This document shows positions 11,204 through 20,953 of a DNA stretch of 64,000 nucleotides, one piece after another. The notes below the pieces were generated by a model that had not been told where the DNA came from, did not search any database, and saw only the letters and a program-made list of their open reading frames with translations. Position 1 is the first letter of the stretch. Each line of letters starts with the position of its first letter. The translations under genes and the position numbers were made by a program. Source of the stretch: Spirochaetota bacterium (GTDB lineage Bacteria > Spirochaetota > UBA4802 > JAFGDQ01); the NCBI GenBank assembly GCA_043803405.1, contig JAZDKB010000004.1, positions 32,001 through 96,000 of the forward strand, written 5' to 3'.

Positions 11204-11489
11204 TTTATATAATCCCGATTTCTTAAATTGTGCATTATTTGACGGAATAGTCACTCGATTTACCTGGTAAAATAGATTCTTTGTATTCAAATTATATCCT
11301 GAAAAACATTTTCCAAGTAAACCACAAATTAATAATTATATGCTAAAATATGATTTTCACTGCTAAAAACACGTTTTATGTTACTAAATTGTTAAATTAT
11401 TTGAATATTTAGTAGTAAAAAGCAACAAATATTGACAGATTTTGCGTATATCTTGTATCTTAACATTAATAAATGATTTGGAGGAATTC

Positions 11490-13661
11490 ATGAGAAATAC
11501 TAAACCAACAATTACAGCAGAAAGGAGTGATATGGAATTTAATGAGATTGACAAGCCGGTATCGTTATATTTCGGCGAGAATACGTTTAATGAAAAAGTT
11601 ATGAAAGCAAAGCTGCCCAAGGATGTGTTTAAAAGGCTGACTGAAATTATAGAAAAAAACAAGAAGCTGGATATTGACACGGCGAACACGATCGCTCACG
11701 CCATGAAGGAATGGGCAATGGAGAACGGCGCTACGCACTTTGCGCACTGGTTCCAGCCCATGACGGGCATTACAGCGGAAAAGCACGATGCCTTTATTGA
11801 GCCTGTCGGCGGAGGCGAAGTGATAGAAAGATTTTCCGGGAAACAACTCGTCCAGGGCGAGCCGGACGCGTCAAGTTTCCCGAGCGGCGGCATACGCGCC
11901 ACATTCGAAGCAAGGGGATATACCGCATGGGATATGTCGAGCCCGGCTTTTTTAAGAAAGAACGGTTCGGGAGCGACGCTCTGCATCCCGACTGCGTTTA
12001 TTTCCTATACCGGAGAGGCGCTCGATAAAAAGACTCCGCTGCTGCGCTCAATCAGCGCTGTTAATAAAAGCGCGCTTAGAATATTAAGACTTCTCGGCAA
12101 CAGGAAATCAAAAAAGATAATATCCAACCTGGGTCCCGAGCAGGAATATTTCTTAATAGATAAGGATTATTTTTATAGAAGACAGGACCTTGTGCTTACA
12201 GGCAGAACGCTTATAGGCGCGCCGCCGGCAAAAGGACAGGAACTCGAGGATCAATATTTCGGAAGCATAAAAGAAAGGATACAAGTGTACATGCATGATA
12301 TTGAGAAAGAACTTTACAAGCTTGGAATCCCGGCGAAGACGCGTCACAATGAGGTGGCGCCCAGCCAGTTTGAGCTGGCTCCCATTTTTGAAGAAGCCAA
12401 TTTAGCCGTGGATCACAATCAGCTTGTTATGGATACAATGCACAGGATCGCGAAGCATCATAATCTTGCATGCCTGCTTCACGAGAAGCCGTTTGCAAGG
12501 ATAAACGGCTCGGGGAAACACCTGAACTGGTCTTTGGCAGATACGGACGGCAACAATATGTTTGAACCGGGTAAAACGCCTCATGATAACATGCAGTTTC
12601 TCGTGTTCCTGATCGCAGCTATCAAGGCTGTATATGAGTACAGCGACATTCTCCGCTCATCAGTCGCTTACGCTGCTAACGATCACAGGCTGGGAGCGAA
12701 TGAAGCTCCGCCTGCAATCATTTCGGTTTTCCTGGGAGATCAGCTTACCAAGATTCTTGATGATATTGAGAAAGGATGTGTGAGCGATGTTTGCGACGAT
12801 GCAATTATCGATCTCGGGTTATCTTCGCTTCCTCTGGTGAGCAAGGATACTACGGACAGGAACAGGACATCGCCGTTCGCGTTTACGGGAAACAAGTTCG
12901 AGTTCAGGGCGGTCGGGTCATCGCAGTCAATATCTTTCCCTGCCACTACGTTGAATACAATTGTGGCAGCGGCTCTGGATGAACTGGCCGACAAGCTGGA
13001 GGCGAAAAAGGATACGGATATTAAACAGGCTATCTTTGATCTAATCAGGGAAGAATTAAAGAAGATAAAAGCGGTTCTCTTTATGGGAGATAATTACTCC
13101 GAAGAATGGCACAAAGAAGCGGAGAGAAGAGGTCTTCCAAATTTAAAGACTACCCCGGAGGCTCTAATGGCGCTTAATAAAGAAAAAGCTATGAACCTTT
13201 TCGACAAGTATGGAGTTTTATCCAAGGTCGAATTGAAATCCAGATACCATATCTGGCTGGAGAAATACTCTAAGGAAATCGAGATAGAAGCAAAGGCACT
13301 CTACGATATGGTAATTACGCAGGTCATACCTTCAGGGCTGAAATATCAGAAAGAGCTGGCTGAGTCAATTGCCAGCACCTCGAATGCGGTCGGAAGCGGA
13401 GCAGATTTATCCGTACAGAAGGATTTCCTGATAGGCATAGTAATGCTTATAAGCAGCATCAAATCGGCTGCGTCGAAATTAAAAGTGAGCTATGAAAAGG
13501 GCGGATCAATCAAAGATGAGCAGGAAAAGGCCGACTATTACTGCCGTGAAGTAAAAGCAAAGATGGATGCTATAAGAGAAGATGTGGATAAGCTTGAATC
13601 AATGGTTGATGATGAATCGTGGGCACTCCCGAAATTCTGGGAAATGCTTTTCATAAGCTAG
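11490..13661 (+). CDS. glnA: Glutamine synthetase type III
   Basis: HWFQPMTG, AEKHD, GEPDASSFPSGG, HNEVAP, DRNRTSPFAFTGNKFEFR; GGAGG RBS (alternative ATG at 11532). Confidence 0.95.
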   Translation: MRNTKPTITAERSDMEFNEIDKPVSLYFGENTFNEKVMKAKLPKDVFKRLTEIIEKNKKLDIDTANTIAHAMKEWAMENGATHFAHWFQPMTGITAEKHDAFIEPVGGGEVIERFSGKQLVQGEPDASSFPSGGIRATFEARGYTAWDMSSPAFLRKNGSGATLCIPTAFISYTGEALDKKTPLLRSISAVNKSALRILRLLGNRKSKKIISNLGPEQEYFLIDKDYFYRRQDLVLTGRTLIGAPPAKGQELEDQYFGSIKERIQVYMHDIEKELYKLGIPAKTRHNEVAPSQFELAPIFEEANLAVDHNQLVMDTMHRIAKHHNLACLLHEKPFARINGSGKHLNWSLADTDGNNMFEPGKTPHDNMQFLVFLIAAIKAVYEYSDILRSSVAYAANDHRLGANEAPPAIISVFLGDQLTKILDDIEKGCVSDVCDDAIIDLGLSSLPLVSKDTTDRNRTSPFAFTGNKFEFRAVGSSQSISFPATTLNTIVAAALDELADKLEAKKDTDIKQAIFDLIREELKKIKAVLFMGDNYSEEWHKEAERRGLPNLKTTPEALMALNKEKAMNLFDKYGVLSKVELKSRYHIWLEKYSKEIEIEAKALYDMVITQVIPSGLKYQKELAESIASTSNAVGSGADLSVQKDFLIGIVMLISSIKSAASKLKVSYEKGGSIKDEQEKADYYCREVKAKMDAIREDVDKLESMVDDESWALPKFWEMLFIS

Positions 13662-13688
13662 CGTCTTAACTGTATAAATTCAAATTTA

Positions 13689-13787
13689 TTTTGCCACAGA
13701 GACACGGAGTCACAGAGAAGACAAATTAATTATTTTTATAATAAAAACTAAGAAAAAACTCAGTGTCTCTGTGACTCTGTGGCAAAA
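13689..13787. repeat. Inverted-repeat (MITE/REP-like) element with CACAGAG-type arms
   Basis: ttttgccacagagacacggagtcacagag ... ctcagtgtctctgtgactctgtggcaaaa around an AT-rich spacer. Confidence 0.75.
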
Positions 13788-13792
13788 ACAGC

Positions 13793-13826
13793 AAAGCCCG
13801 CGGAATGCAAAACCGCGGGCTTTTTT
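13793..13826. terminator. Intrinsic terminator between convergent glnA and coaB
   Basis: aaagcccgcgg-N9-ccgcgggcttt followed by a T tract. Confidence 0.8.
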
Positions 13827-13828
13827 AT

Positions 13829-14524
13829 TTAATTCAATTCACCTTCTATCTCGTTCAGTATTCTGTTTGCTGCTTCCGGTTTTGTGAGCAGCGGCAGATC
13901 AATTTTGTTTGCTGAATCATTCCCCTTTTTGTTCCTGATAAATATGGTGATCAGGTTGGTATCTGTGCCGAAACCCGCGTCCTTTTGCGTAACGTCGTTA
14001 AGGCATATCATGTCAAGGTTCTTCGCAATGAGCTTTTTAAGAGCATTGTTTTCAGTATTGTCTGTCTCTGCCGCAAAGCCGGCTACGAAAATTCCGCTTA
14101 GCGAAGCGTCCCTCGTTTTTTTTTCTGCAATAAACTTTAGTATGTCCGGATTTTTTGTCAGCTTAAGGATAAGCTCGTCATTGCCGTCTTCTTTTTTTAT
14201 TTTTGTAGACGATCTTTCTGCAGGCCTGTAATCGGCAGGTGCCGCAGCCATAATGATTATGCAATCCGGAGTAAGCTCGTTTATTACGGCATTGAGCAGG
14301 TCGTTTGTGGTTTCAACCTGAACCGATCTGAATCTTTTATCCGTTAACAGGCTGTTGTCAATTGGCCCGTGTATAAAAACAGTTTGTTTTGACCTCGCGG
14401 CAGCCGCCTCTGCAAGAGCAATGCCCATCTTGCCGGATGACGCGTTAGAGATATAGCGCACAGGATCGATCCATTCGCGCGTAGGCCCGCCTGTGACGAT
14501 TATCTTTCTATTCTTTAAGGGCAT
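13829..14524 (-). CDS. coaB: Phosphopantothenate--cysteine ligase (stand-alone)
   Basis: VTGGPTRE.IDPVRYISNASSGKMG, AAPADY, GFAAET; ATG 14524 overlaps the end of coaC. Confidence 0.92.
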   Translation of the reverse strand: MPLKNRKIIVTGGPTREWIDPVRYISNASSGKMGIALAEAAAARSKQTVFIHGPIDNSLLTDKRFRSVQVETTNDLLNAVINELTPDCIIIMAAAPADYRPAERSSTKIKKEDGNDELILKLTKNPDILKFIAEKKTRDASLSGIFVAGFAAETDNTENNALKKLIAKNLDMICLNDVTQKDAGFGTDTNLITIFIRNKKGNDSANKIDLPLLTKPEAANRILNEIEGELN

Positions 14525-15041
14525 TTTCGGCTGCCTCGAATATTTTTTCAATATCTGCGAGCCTGCCTTCGCCTTCATCGCCGCACGCGACTTTGCCTTT
14601 TTCAGGGCTTATGAACCGGACTCCCCATGATTTTAGCTGTTTGATGTTTGCCTGAACGGCCGGGTGAGCCCACATGTTCGGGTTCATCGCAGGTGCTATA
14701 AGCACAGGGCATTTTACAGAGAGGAACGTTGTGCTTACCAGATCGTCCGCGATCCCGTTCGCGAATTTGCCCATTATGTTCGCGGTTGCCGGCGCAACAA
14801 GAAAAAGCGAAGCGTCTTTCTTGAGCTCAATGTGTCCCATCTCTCTCATGTTTTTTACGAAGCTGTCCGAGTATACAGGATTGCCCGAAAGCGTTTCAAG
14901 CGTAAGAGGAGTAATAAGCTCCTTCGAGTTTTCGGTCATTGCAATATAGACCGAATATCCGGATTTCACAAACAGTCTTGTTAAGTCGCAGGCCTTGTAA
15001 GCCGAGATCGAAGAAGTTATTCCAAGAATTATTTTTTTCAT
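14508..15041 (-). CDS. coaC: Phosphopantothenoylcysteine decarboxylase (stand-alone)
   Basis: SISAYK, VAPATAN, PAMNPNMW, ACGDEGEGRL. Confidence 0.92.
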   Translation of the reverse strand: MKKIILGITSSISAYKACDLTRLFVKSGYSVYIAMTENSKELITPLTLETLSGNPVYSDSFVKNMREMGHIELKKDASLFLVAPATANIMGKFANGIADDLVSTTFLSVKCPVLIAPAMNPNMWAHPAVQANIKQLKSWGVRFISPEKGKVACGDEGEGRLADIEKIFEAAENALKE

Positions 15042-16804
15042 ATTCGCTTAAACACCTTTTCCAGATCGTTTTTTTCGAGCCTGTACATATAAGGCCGACC
15101 GTGCGGGCATCTCTTGTCGTACTCTCCGCTCAGGGCGCGTGTCGTTATGAGCTCCGCGTCTTCAGCAGTAAGGTCGTCGCCTGAGCGCTTTGCCGAACGG
15201 CATGCGGCCTTTTCTGCAATCGCTTTTTTTACATCGAGTATATGATCCGCGTCGTTCCTTAACGCCTCTATTATATCAGCGAAAAAGCCCTCAATGTCAA
15301 GGTCTTTTGCAATTGCCGGTATGCCGCGTACTACAATTGAGTTATCGGAAAAAATATCTGCATCGAATGCACAATCAATAAAATAATCTTTTTTATCAAG
15401 AAATATTTGGTAATCTTCAATAGATAGTTCAATTATAATCGGGAATATCAGGTTTTGTGTTTCCTGCTGTTGCCCGGCATTTAAAAGCCGGTCATATAAA
15501 TAGCGTTCATGAGCCGCGTGAAAGTCGATAAAAACCAGGGCAATATCATACTCAATTACAATATAAGTCCCGAAAATAATTCCTAAATATTTAAAGTCAT
15601 GCGGTTCGCTCACAGCCCTGTATAGCATCTCTGCTTCCTTAATTAGCGATCCGGGCGATTGAAAAAATTTATATGCTTCAGTCTTTGGGCCGGTATGTGT
15701 GCGGCGCGGCAATGTGTCGTAATTAAAATCGAATCTGCCCGGAGAATAATTTGCCTCCGCGTGCGGTAAAACATTTCCGATAGCCTGTCTTTGTGCGTCT
15801 ATATGCCCAATGTCCAGCCTATGCTCTTTGCTTAGCGCTTTTTCCCCAAGCCGCATTATGAGACTGTTGATGTAATTCTGGTCAAAGAACCTGATTTCTT
15901 TTTTCGCAGGATGGATGTTCACGTCGATCAGCTCGGGATCGATATTTATAAATATGATGGCAGCCGGATGGCTTCCCCTTGGAGCTATTGCATCGTAAGT
16001 TTTCGATAACAGAAAACCGAGGTATTTATATTCAACAGGCCTGCCGTTGACGTACAGAGCCTGCATTGAGCGGGATGACTTTAAAAAACCGGGCTTTGAA
16101 AAGAAGCCAGATATCCCGGCTTTGTCTTTTAGCGTTTCAAAGTTTAAAGAATCCAGCGCGGATTTCCCATAAACCTGCCCGATCCTTTCTTCCAGTTTGT
16201 CCGTTTTCGCAAGCGTGATGACGCGCTTGCCTTCAATGCTGAGCGTAAAGCTTATATCCGGTTTAGAAAGAGCCGTTCTCAAAAATGCTTCCCGGATCTT
16301 TCTTACTTCCGCGCTTTTTGATTTAAGGAATTTTTTTCTTGCTGGAATATTGTAAAAAAGATTTTCAATGATAATAGCTGTGCCTGCTGAACCCGCGTAA
16401 TCGGAAATTTCAGTGCTGTCGTTTGTGCTCACAAGCTTTGCGCCCATTTCCTCTTCTGTAGAGCGGCTGATTATTGTGAGTTTCGAAATAGATGATATGC
16501 TCGCGAGCGCTTCGCCTCTGAAACCGAAAGAGCCTATCATTTCAATATCCGAAATATCCCTGATCTTACTTGTAGCGTGATTCTGCACCGCAAGCGGAAG
16601 ATCGTCCCTGTAAATGCCTTTGCCGTTATCCTTAACTATGATCTTTTTGAGGCCGCTGTCGAATACCTCGACATCTATTTCAGTTGCTTCCGCGTCAATC
16701 GAGTTCTCCAGCAGCTCCTTTACTACGGAGAAGGGGCCTTCCACCACTTCGCCTGCTGCGATCTTGTTTTTAACGGATTCCGGGAGTATCTGTATTCTTG
16801 GCAT
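15038..16804 (-). CDS. mutL: DNA mismatch repair endonuclease MutL
   Basis: IAAGEVVE, GFRGEALASI, DFHAAHER, CPHGRP. Confidence 0.96.
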   Translation of the reverse strand: MPRIQILPESVKNKIAAGEVVEGPFSVVKELLENSIDAEATEIDVEVFDSGLKKIIVKDNGKGIYRDDLPLAVQNHATSKIRDISDIEMIGSFGFRGEALASISSISKLTIISRSTEEEMGAKLVSTNDSTEISDYAGSAGTAIIIENLFYNIPARKKFLKSKSAEVRKIREAFLRTALSKPDISFTLSIEGKRVITLAKTDKLEERIGQVYGKSALDSLNFETLKDKAGISGFFSKPGFLKSSRSMQALYVNGRPVEYKYLGFLLSKTYDAIAPRGSHPAAIIFINIDPELIDVNIHPAKKEIRFFDQNYINSLIMRLGEKALSKEHRLDIGHIDAQRQAIGNVLPHAEANYSPGRFDFNYDTLPRRTHTGPKTEAYKFFQSPGSLIKEAEMLYRAVSEPHDFKYLGIIFGTYIVIEYDIALVFIDFHAAHERYLYDRLLNAGQQQETQNLIFPIIIELSIEDYQIFLDKKDYFIDCAFDADIFSDNSIVVRGIPAIAKDLDIEGFFADIIEALRNDADHILDVKKAIAEKAACRSAKRSGDDLTAEDAELITTRALSGEYDKRCPHGRPYMYRLEKNDLEKVFKRI

Positions 16805-16887
16805 GTTTAAATTGTCAGGCGGAAATATATTAGTGTCAACAATATTAAGTCCTGATTTTGGCAGTAACGGAGGCTGAATTTAATTAT

Positions 16888-17634
16888 TTATTTGCTTTCG
16901 ACATGCCGCAAAAGTTCAGGCAATGTTTTTCCAAGAAGACCTTCAATAAAAATATCCGTGATCGAATCTGTAAGGGCGGTCTTTTCGAGGTTCATTTCAA
17001 TTATAGTGGCGCCGTTTTCCTTGGCCTTATATGGAATGGAAGCGGCAGGGAAAACCTGCGCCGATGTACCTATTACCATAACGGCATCCGCAATATCTGC
17101 AAGCCGCATTGATTCCATCAGGGCATTATGAGGAATATTCTCGCCGAAAAAAATAACAGTAGGTTTTAGTATGCTGCCGCATTCTTTGCATCTCGGCGGA
17201 GCGCATTTCTCAATACGGAACTGTTCTGCGGAAAAGGTCATTCCGCAATCAAGGCATTTTAAATTCCTGCTGTTACCGTGAAATTCAATGACGTGTTTGC
17301 TCCCGGCCGCCTGGTGCAGATTATCGATATTTTGCGTAATGACAGCCTTTAAAATGCCGATCTCCTCCAGCCTTGCGAGTGCAATATGCCCTGCGTTTGG
17401 TTTTGCCTTTCCTGTAAGCTCCTGCATCTCGGCAAGCATTTCCCATGTTTTTTCCGGATGCATACGGAACATTTCAATATGAGCATATATGGCCGGATCG
17501 TATTTTGTCCATAGCCCGTCCTTGCCCCGAAAGTCTGGGATACCGCTTTCAACCGAGTGACCGGCTCCCGAAAGAGCGATAAGGTTTTTTGATTTCTTTA
17601 TTATTTCCGCAGCTTCGCGGTAATTGTTTTCCAT
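16888..17634 (-). CDS. cobB: NAD-dependent protein deacylase (sirtuin)
   Basis: GAG.S.ESGIPDFRG, TQNIDNLH, HG, two CxxC, GTS. Confidence 0.92.
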   Translation of the reverse strand: MENNYREAAEIIKKSKNLIALSGAGHSVESGIPDFRGKDGLWTKYDPAIYAHIEMFRMHPEKTWEMLAEMQELTGKAKPNAGHIALARLEEIGILKAVITQNIDNLHQAAGSKHVIEFHGNSRNLKCLDCGMTFSAEQFRIEKCAPPRCKECGSILKPTVIFFGENIPHNALMESMRLADIADAVMVIGTSAQVFPAASIPYKAKENGATIIEMNLEKTALTDSITDIFIEGLLGKTLPELLRHVESK

Positions 17635-17771
17635 GGTTTTGATTCCCGCTGTTTTAATTGTGTTTTTAGTTAATGGTTTTTCATTATGGAGAGAAGCTAA
17701 AAAGAAATATAAATTGCATTTCTATAATATTAAACTAAAATATAACCGCTGTGTCAAGTATTTCGCTTATC

Positions 17772-19901
17772 TTACCATAATTTAAAATCGGTTTTCAGAT
17801 CTGCGGAAATGAGAGTCTGATTATTTTCGTACTTGTCATCAAATTCGCCTGAATAATAATAGAACCATCGGTATTTTAATGAAATGCTGAGGAATTGATT
17901 AACAGATGCAGAAAGGCTGTTTTGTATTTCATTCCTGATATGCCTCTTTGATTTCTCGTGAGATTTAGCCGAGATGAATGAATCGATATTTAAGCCGTAT
18001 GTGAAATAATTAAAAAATACAAGCTTGTACCCGATAAGCGTCTCAATGCCGTAAACGGTTCTTTGTACAGGATCGTGCACATTTTTTTCAAAGCCCAGGC
18101 CAAGTTTAACCTGAAGGCTGTCGGTAATTGCGTTTATTCCTGCTGTTTCGCGGATAAGTACAGGACGAAGTCCATCTGTGCTTTTAATTACGGATTCCGC
18201 CTGGGATTTCTGATATGGTTTTATAGTGTCATAAAAATTCAGATTATAAGTAAATGTACCGCGCAGAAGGTTGTTGAGATATTCTTCATCCTGACGCTCA
18301 TAAAACATATACGGCGAAAAGATGAACTGGTGATACCTGTTGTATATTGTTAAATCGATTTTGTTTTCCATCCCCCATCGTTTATAGCTTTCGTCAGCCT
18401 GCCCTACAGGAGTCTCAATGTTATCGCTACGCTTAACTTTGTTGTTTTCAAAAAAATTTGAAAGATAAAAATCTACTGTTGCCCTGAATGACCTGTTCAA
18501 ATAACTGAAATCGTGTTTAAAGATAATTTGTTTTTCTTTGATATCCGAAAGGACTGCATCAGTAACATTTGTCCACGTGTTTTGATATGGAATGTTTTTT
18601 TCCAGGATCTGCTCAATCTTTTCAAAAGCCGGCTGTGTTGCTGCTATGCGGTATGCGCGTGTGTTGTTTATCTGGTAGCCCTGTATCTTTCCGTCTTTAA
18701 CGCCTTCGATTATTATATTATCATCTTTTCCGATAATGTTTTTAATATCAATGCCGTTTAAATTGAAGATAAATATATTATAATCGGAATTTACGGCGCG
18801 AAGCAAATCAGGGTATTTAATATCGCCGTTAAATGAGGATTCCAGTATAGTGTTCCTGTCAATTGCCGAGAGTTCTGTATTGAATCTGTCCCTGAGCAAC
18901 CCGGCAAGTTTAGTGTCATTGATCAGTAATTTTTTATCATCCAGATGAAGAATTACAGACTCATTATCCGCTGCAAACATTTTTTTCCATAGAGCAAGAC
19001 GGCTTTTAAATTCCGAATATTCGTATGAATTTAACGCGACCGGCGCAGGGGTTATCTGCCGCATTCCAGTCACTGAAATATTCGCATCAAGCCGGAGGCT
19101 GAGCGAATAGAATGCATCACCTCCCGGAAGCAGCAGAACCGTTCTTCCATCCGCGAGATCAATCCGCGACGCCTTGTCCGAAAACAGATCGCCGGTGTTG
19201 TCGCCGCCGCAGAGCGCGAGCTGTACCTGTTTATGCTGAGTGAGAAGCGATATCGTATCCTTTATGCTTAAACCTGAAAGCAGCACAATATGCCGCACTC
19301 CAAGGCTTTCGAGCGCTTTTATATTTTCGTTTAAAGTTTCGCTTTCGTTTCTCAACCGGATTTTATACAGATTTTTTTCCGCTATATCGAAATATATCTT
19401 TTTTGATGATATGGCTGTGAAGGCTACGGGTCTATTTCCCTTCTTGCGGATGATGTACGGCGAAAACAGATTTTTTTTCTTCTTTGTGATGTTAGCAGAC
19501 AGAAGCTCGGTATTTTTCCCAGAACTCAAGAACTGGAGATTGTCGATGCCAATGCGCAAATCATTAGAAGATATTAGAACAGCGTCGCATGAAAAGAAAT
19601 TAAAAAAATCCATCATTACTGAACCGTAGCTGAATTTGGAAAGCAGCCCGGGATAAAATGCGTTTCCCATGTCAATATAGATATCAGCTTTACGGGCTTT
19701 ACGTTCAGCAAGGATACTTTGCGCAAGCACGAGCATCGGATCTTCTTCATTATCCGATCCGTTTAGTGAAAATTTTCCGCCCAGATTGGATGTGACAATG
19801 ATAGAGACCTCTTCTTCGGCGTGTAGAGGAAAAATCAAAAAGAAAGCCGCAGTATTTATGACAAATAAAAATGTTAAAAGCCTTAAGATATTTCTCATCA
19901 T
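17772..19901 (-). CDS. Degenerate 5'-nucleotidase-like domains fused to a probable outer-membrane beta-barrel
   Basis: Signal peptide; metallophosphoesterase-like motif order with substituted ligands; C-terminal alternating aromatic beta pattern ending DFKLW. Confidence 0.6.
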   Translation of the reverse strand: MMRNILRLLTFLFVINTAAFFLIFPLHAEEEVSIIVTSNLGGKFSLNGSDNEEDPMLVLAQSILAERKARKADIYIDMGNAFYPGLLSKFSYGSVMMDFFNFFSCDAVLISSNDLRIGIDNLQFLSSGKNTELLSANITKKKKNLFSPYIIRKKGNRPVAFTAISSKKIYFDIAEKNLYKIRLRNESETLNENIKALESLGVRHIVLLSGLSIKDTISLLTQHKQVQLALCGGDNTGDLFSDKASRIDLADGRTVLLLPGGDAFYSLSLRLDANISVTGMRQITPAPVALNSYEYSEFKSRLALWKKMFAADNESVILHLDDKKLLINDTKLAGLLRDRFNTELSAIDRNTILESSFNGDIKYPDLLRAVNSDYNIFIFNLNGIDIKNIIGKDDNIIIEGVKDGKIQGYQINNTRAYRIAATQPAFEKIEQILEKNIPYQNTWTNVTDAVLSDIKEKQIIFKHDFSYLNRSFRATVDFYLSNFFENNKVKRSDNIETPVGQADESYKRWGMENKIDLTIYNRYHQFIFSPYMFYERQDEEYLNNLLRGTFTYNLNFYDTIKPYQKSQAESVIKSTDGLRPVLIRETAGINAITDSLQVKLGLGFEKNVHDPVQRTVYGIETLIGYKLVFFNYFTYGLNIDSFISAKSHEKSKRHIRNEIQNSLSASVNQFLSISLKYRWFYYYSGEFDDKYENNQTLISADLKTDFKLW

Positions 19902-19916
19902 AATGGTATGATTATT

Positions 19917-20630
19917 TTAGGGAGCATTGTTTGTTTTATCGGGTGCGGATTCTGCAGACTTGATTTTCTCTTTAAGATTTGTATATTCTTTTTCAAGAAC
20001 CTGCATGGCTTTTTCTTTATCGGCAAGCGACTTCCCGGATTCATGGATCTTAACCGAGAGCTCGCTGTTCCCGATCTTTAATGAGGCAATATCCGATTCC
20101 TTTTCAAGCATGATTTTCTTCAGCTCTTCGATTTGCCTGGATAAAGCAAGTTCTTTCTGCAGGTTTTCATTGCGCAGTATTTCACGTTCTTTGCTGAACG
20201 CGTCCTGCTGGATTTTTATCGCGTTATTCAGCTGTTTTATTTCGAACGTAAGTTTTGTTTCTATATTTTTATTAAGTGTTGCTAATTCATGAATTTTGGC
20301 AGCGCTCTCCTTTCCCATTTTTTCGGCCTTCATCTCCAGATTTTTATACTGGCTTTCGCGGAGCGTAATATCCTTCTGATATTTATCTTTAGAGGAATGC
20401 ATATCCGATGCGAGCTTTTCTATTTTCGCGTTAAGCTGCTGTACCTCTTTTTTTGTCTGTAAATTTTCCTCTTTTAATACTGAATTTTCTCTCTGAAGCA
20501 AAGCGAGCCGGTTTTTCATCAGGCTGTTTTCCGCGCGAAGCTGCTCATTAAGATCCTGATATTTGGAAACGTTTATTGTTGTGCAGGAGAGCGAGCAAAC
20601 TATGAAAAATAAGAAAATTTTTTTATACAT
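19917..20630 (-). CDS. Coiled-coil lipoprotein
   Basis: Lipobox (CSLSC) followed by heptad-rich helical sequence. Confidence 0.75.
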   Translation of the reverse strand: MYKKIFLFFIVCSLSCTTINVSKYQDLNEQLRAENSLMKNRLALLQRENSVLKEENLQTKKEVQQLNAKIEKLASDMHSSKDKYQKDITLRESQYKNLEMKAEKMGKESAAKIHELATLNKNIETKLTFEIKQLNNAIKIQQDAFSKEREILRNENLQKELALSRQIEELKKIMLEKESDIASLKIGNSELSVKIHESGKSLADKEKAMQVLEKEYTNLKEKIKSAESAPDKTNNAP

Positions 20631-20829
20631 AGGACATTACCATCTGAGTAAATAATATTTTGATTATTGCTTTAAGAGTTGATCCTATCTAAGTTACCTG
20701 TTGGGAAAATAAATTCAAGAAGATTTTAATATTTACTGGAAAATTGGACCTTTATAAAAAATTCCGATTTAAGAGTTGCAATTTTAAAATTCTGAATTAA
20801 ATATAGAGCAATAATGAGAACATCATTAA

Positions 20830-20905
20830 GAGTGCGTCCCAAAACTTATATATCGCTTATTATTGTCTCCTTTTACAATATCACAATAGGTTTTGGGACG
20901 CACCC
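20830..20905. repeat. MITE-like element with 20-bp terminal inverted repeats
   Basis: gagtgcgtcccaaaacttat ... ataggttttgggacgcaccc (18/20 complementary). Confidence 0.7.
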
Positions 20906-20953
20906 AAAGTAATATTTTTTCATATTTAAAACAAAAACAATTGGGGGATATTT

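Noticed and set aside
14508..14578. coaC/coaB split as a frameshifted coaBC
   Set aside because: Both halves look complete, coaB has its own ATG, and split coaC/coaB is known in other bacteria
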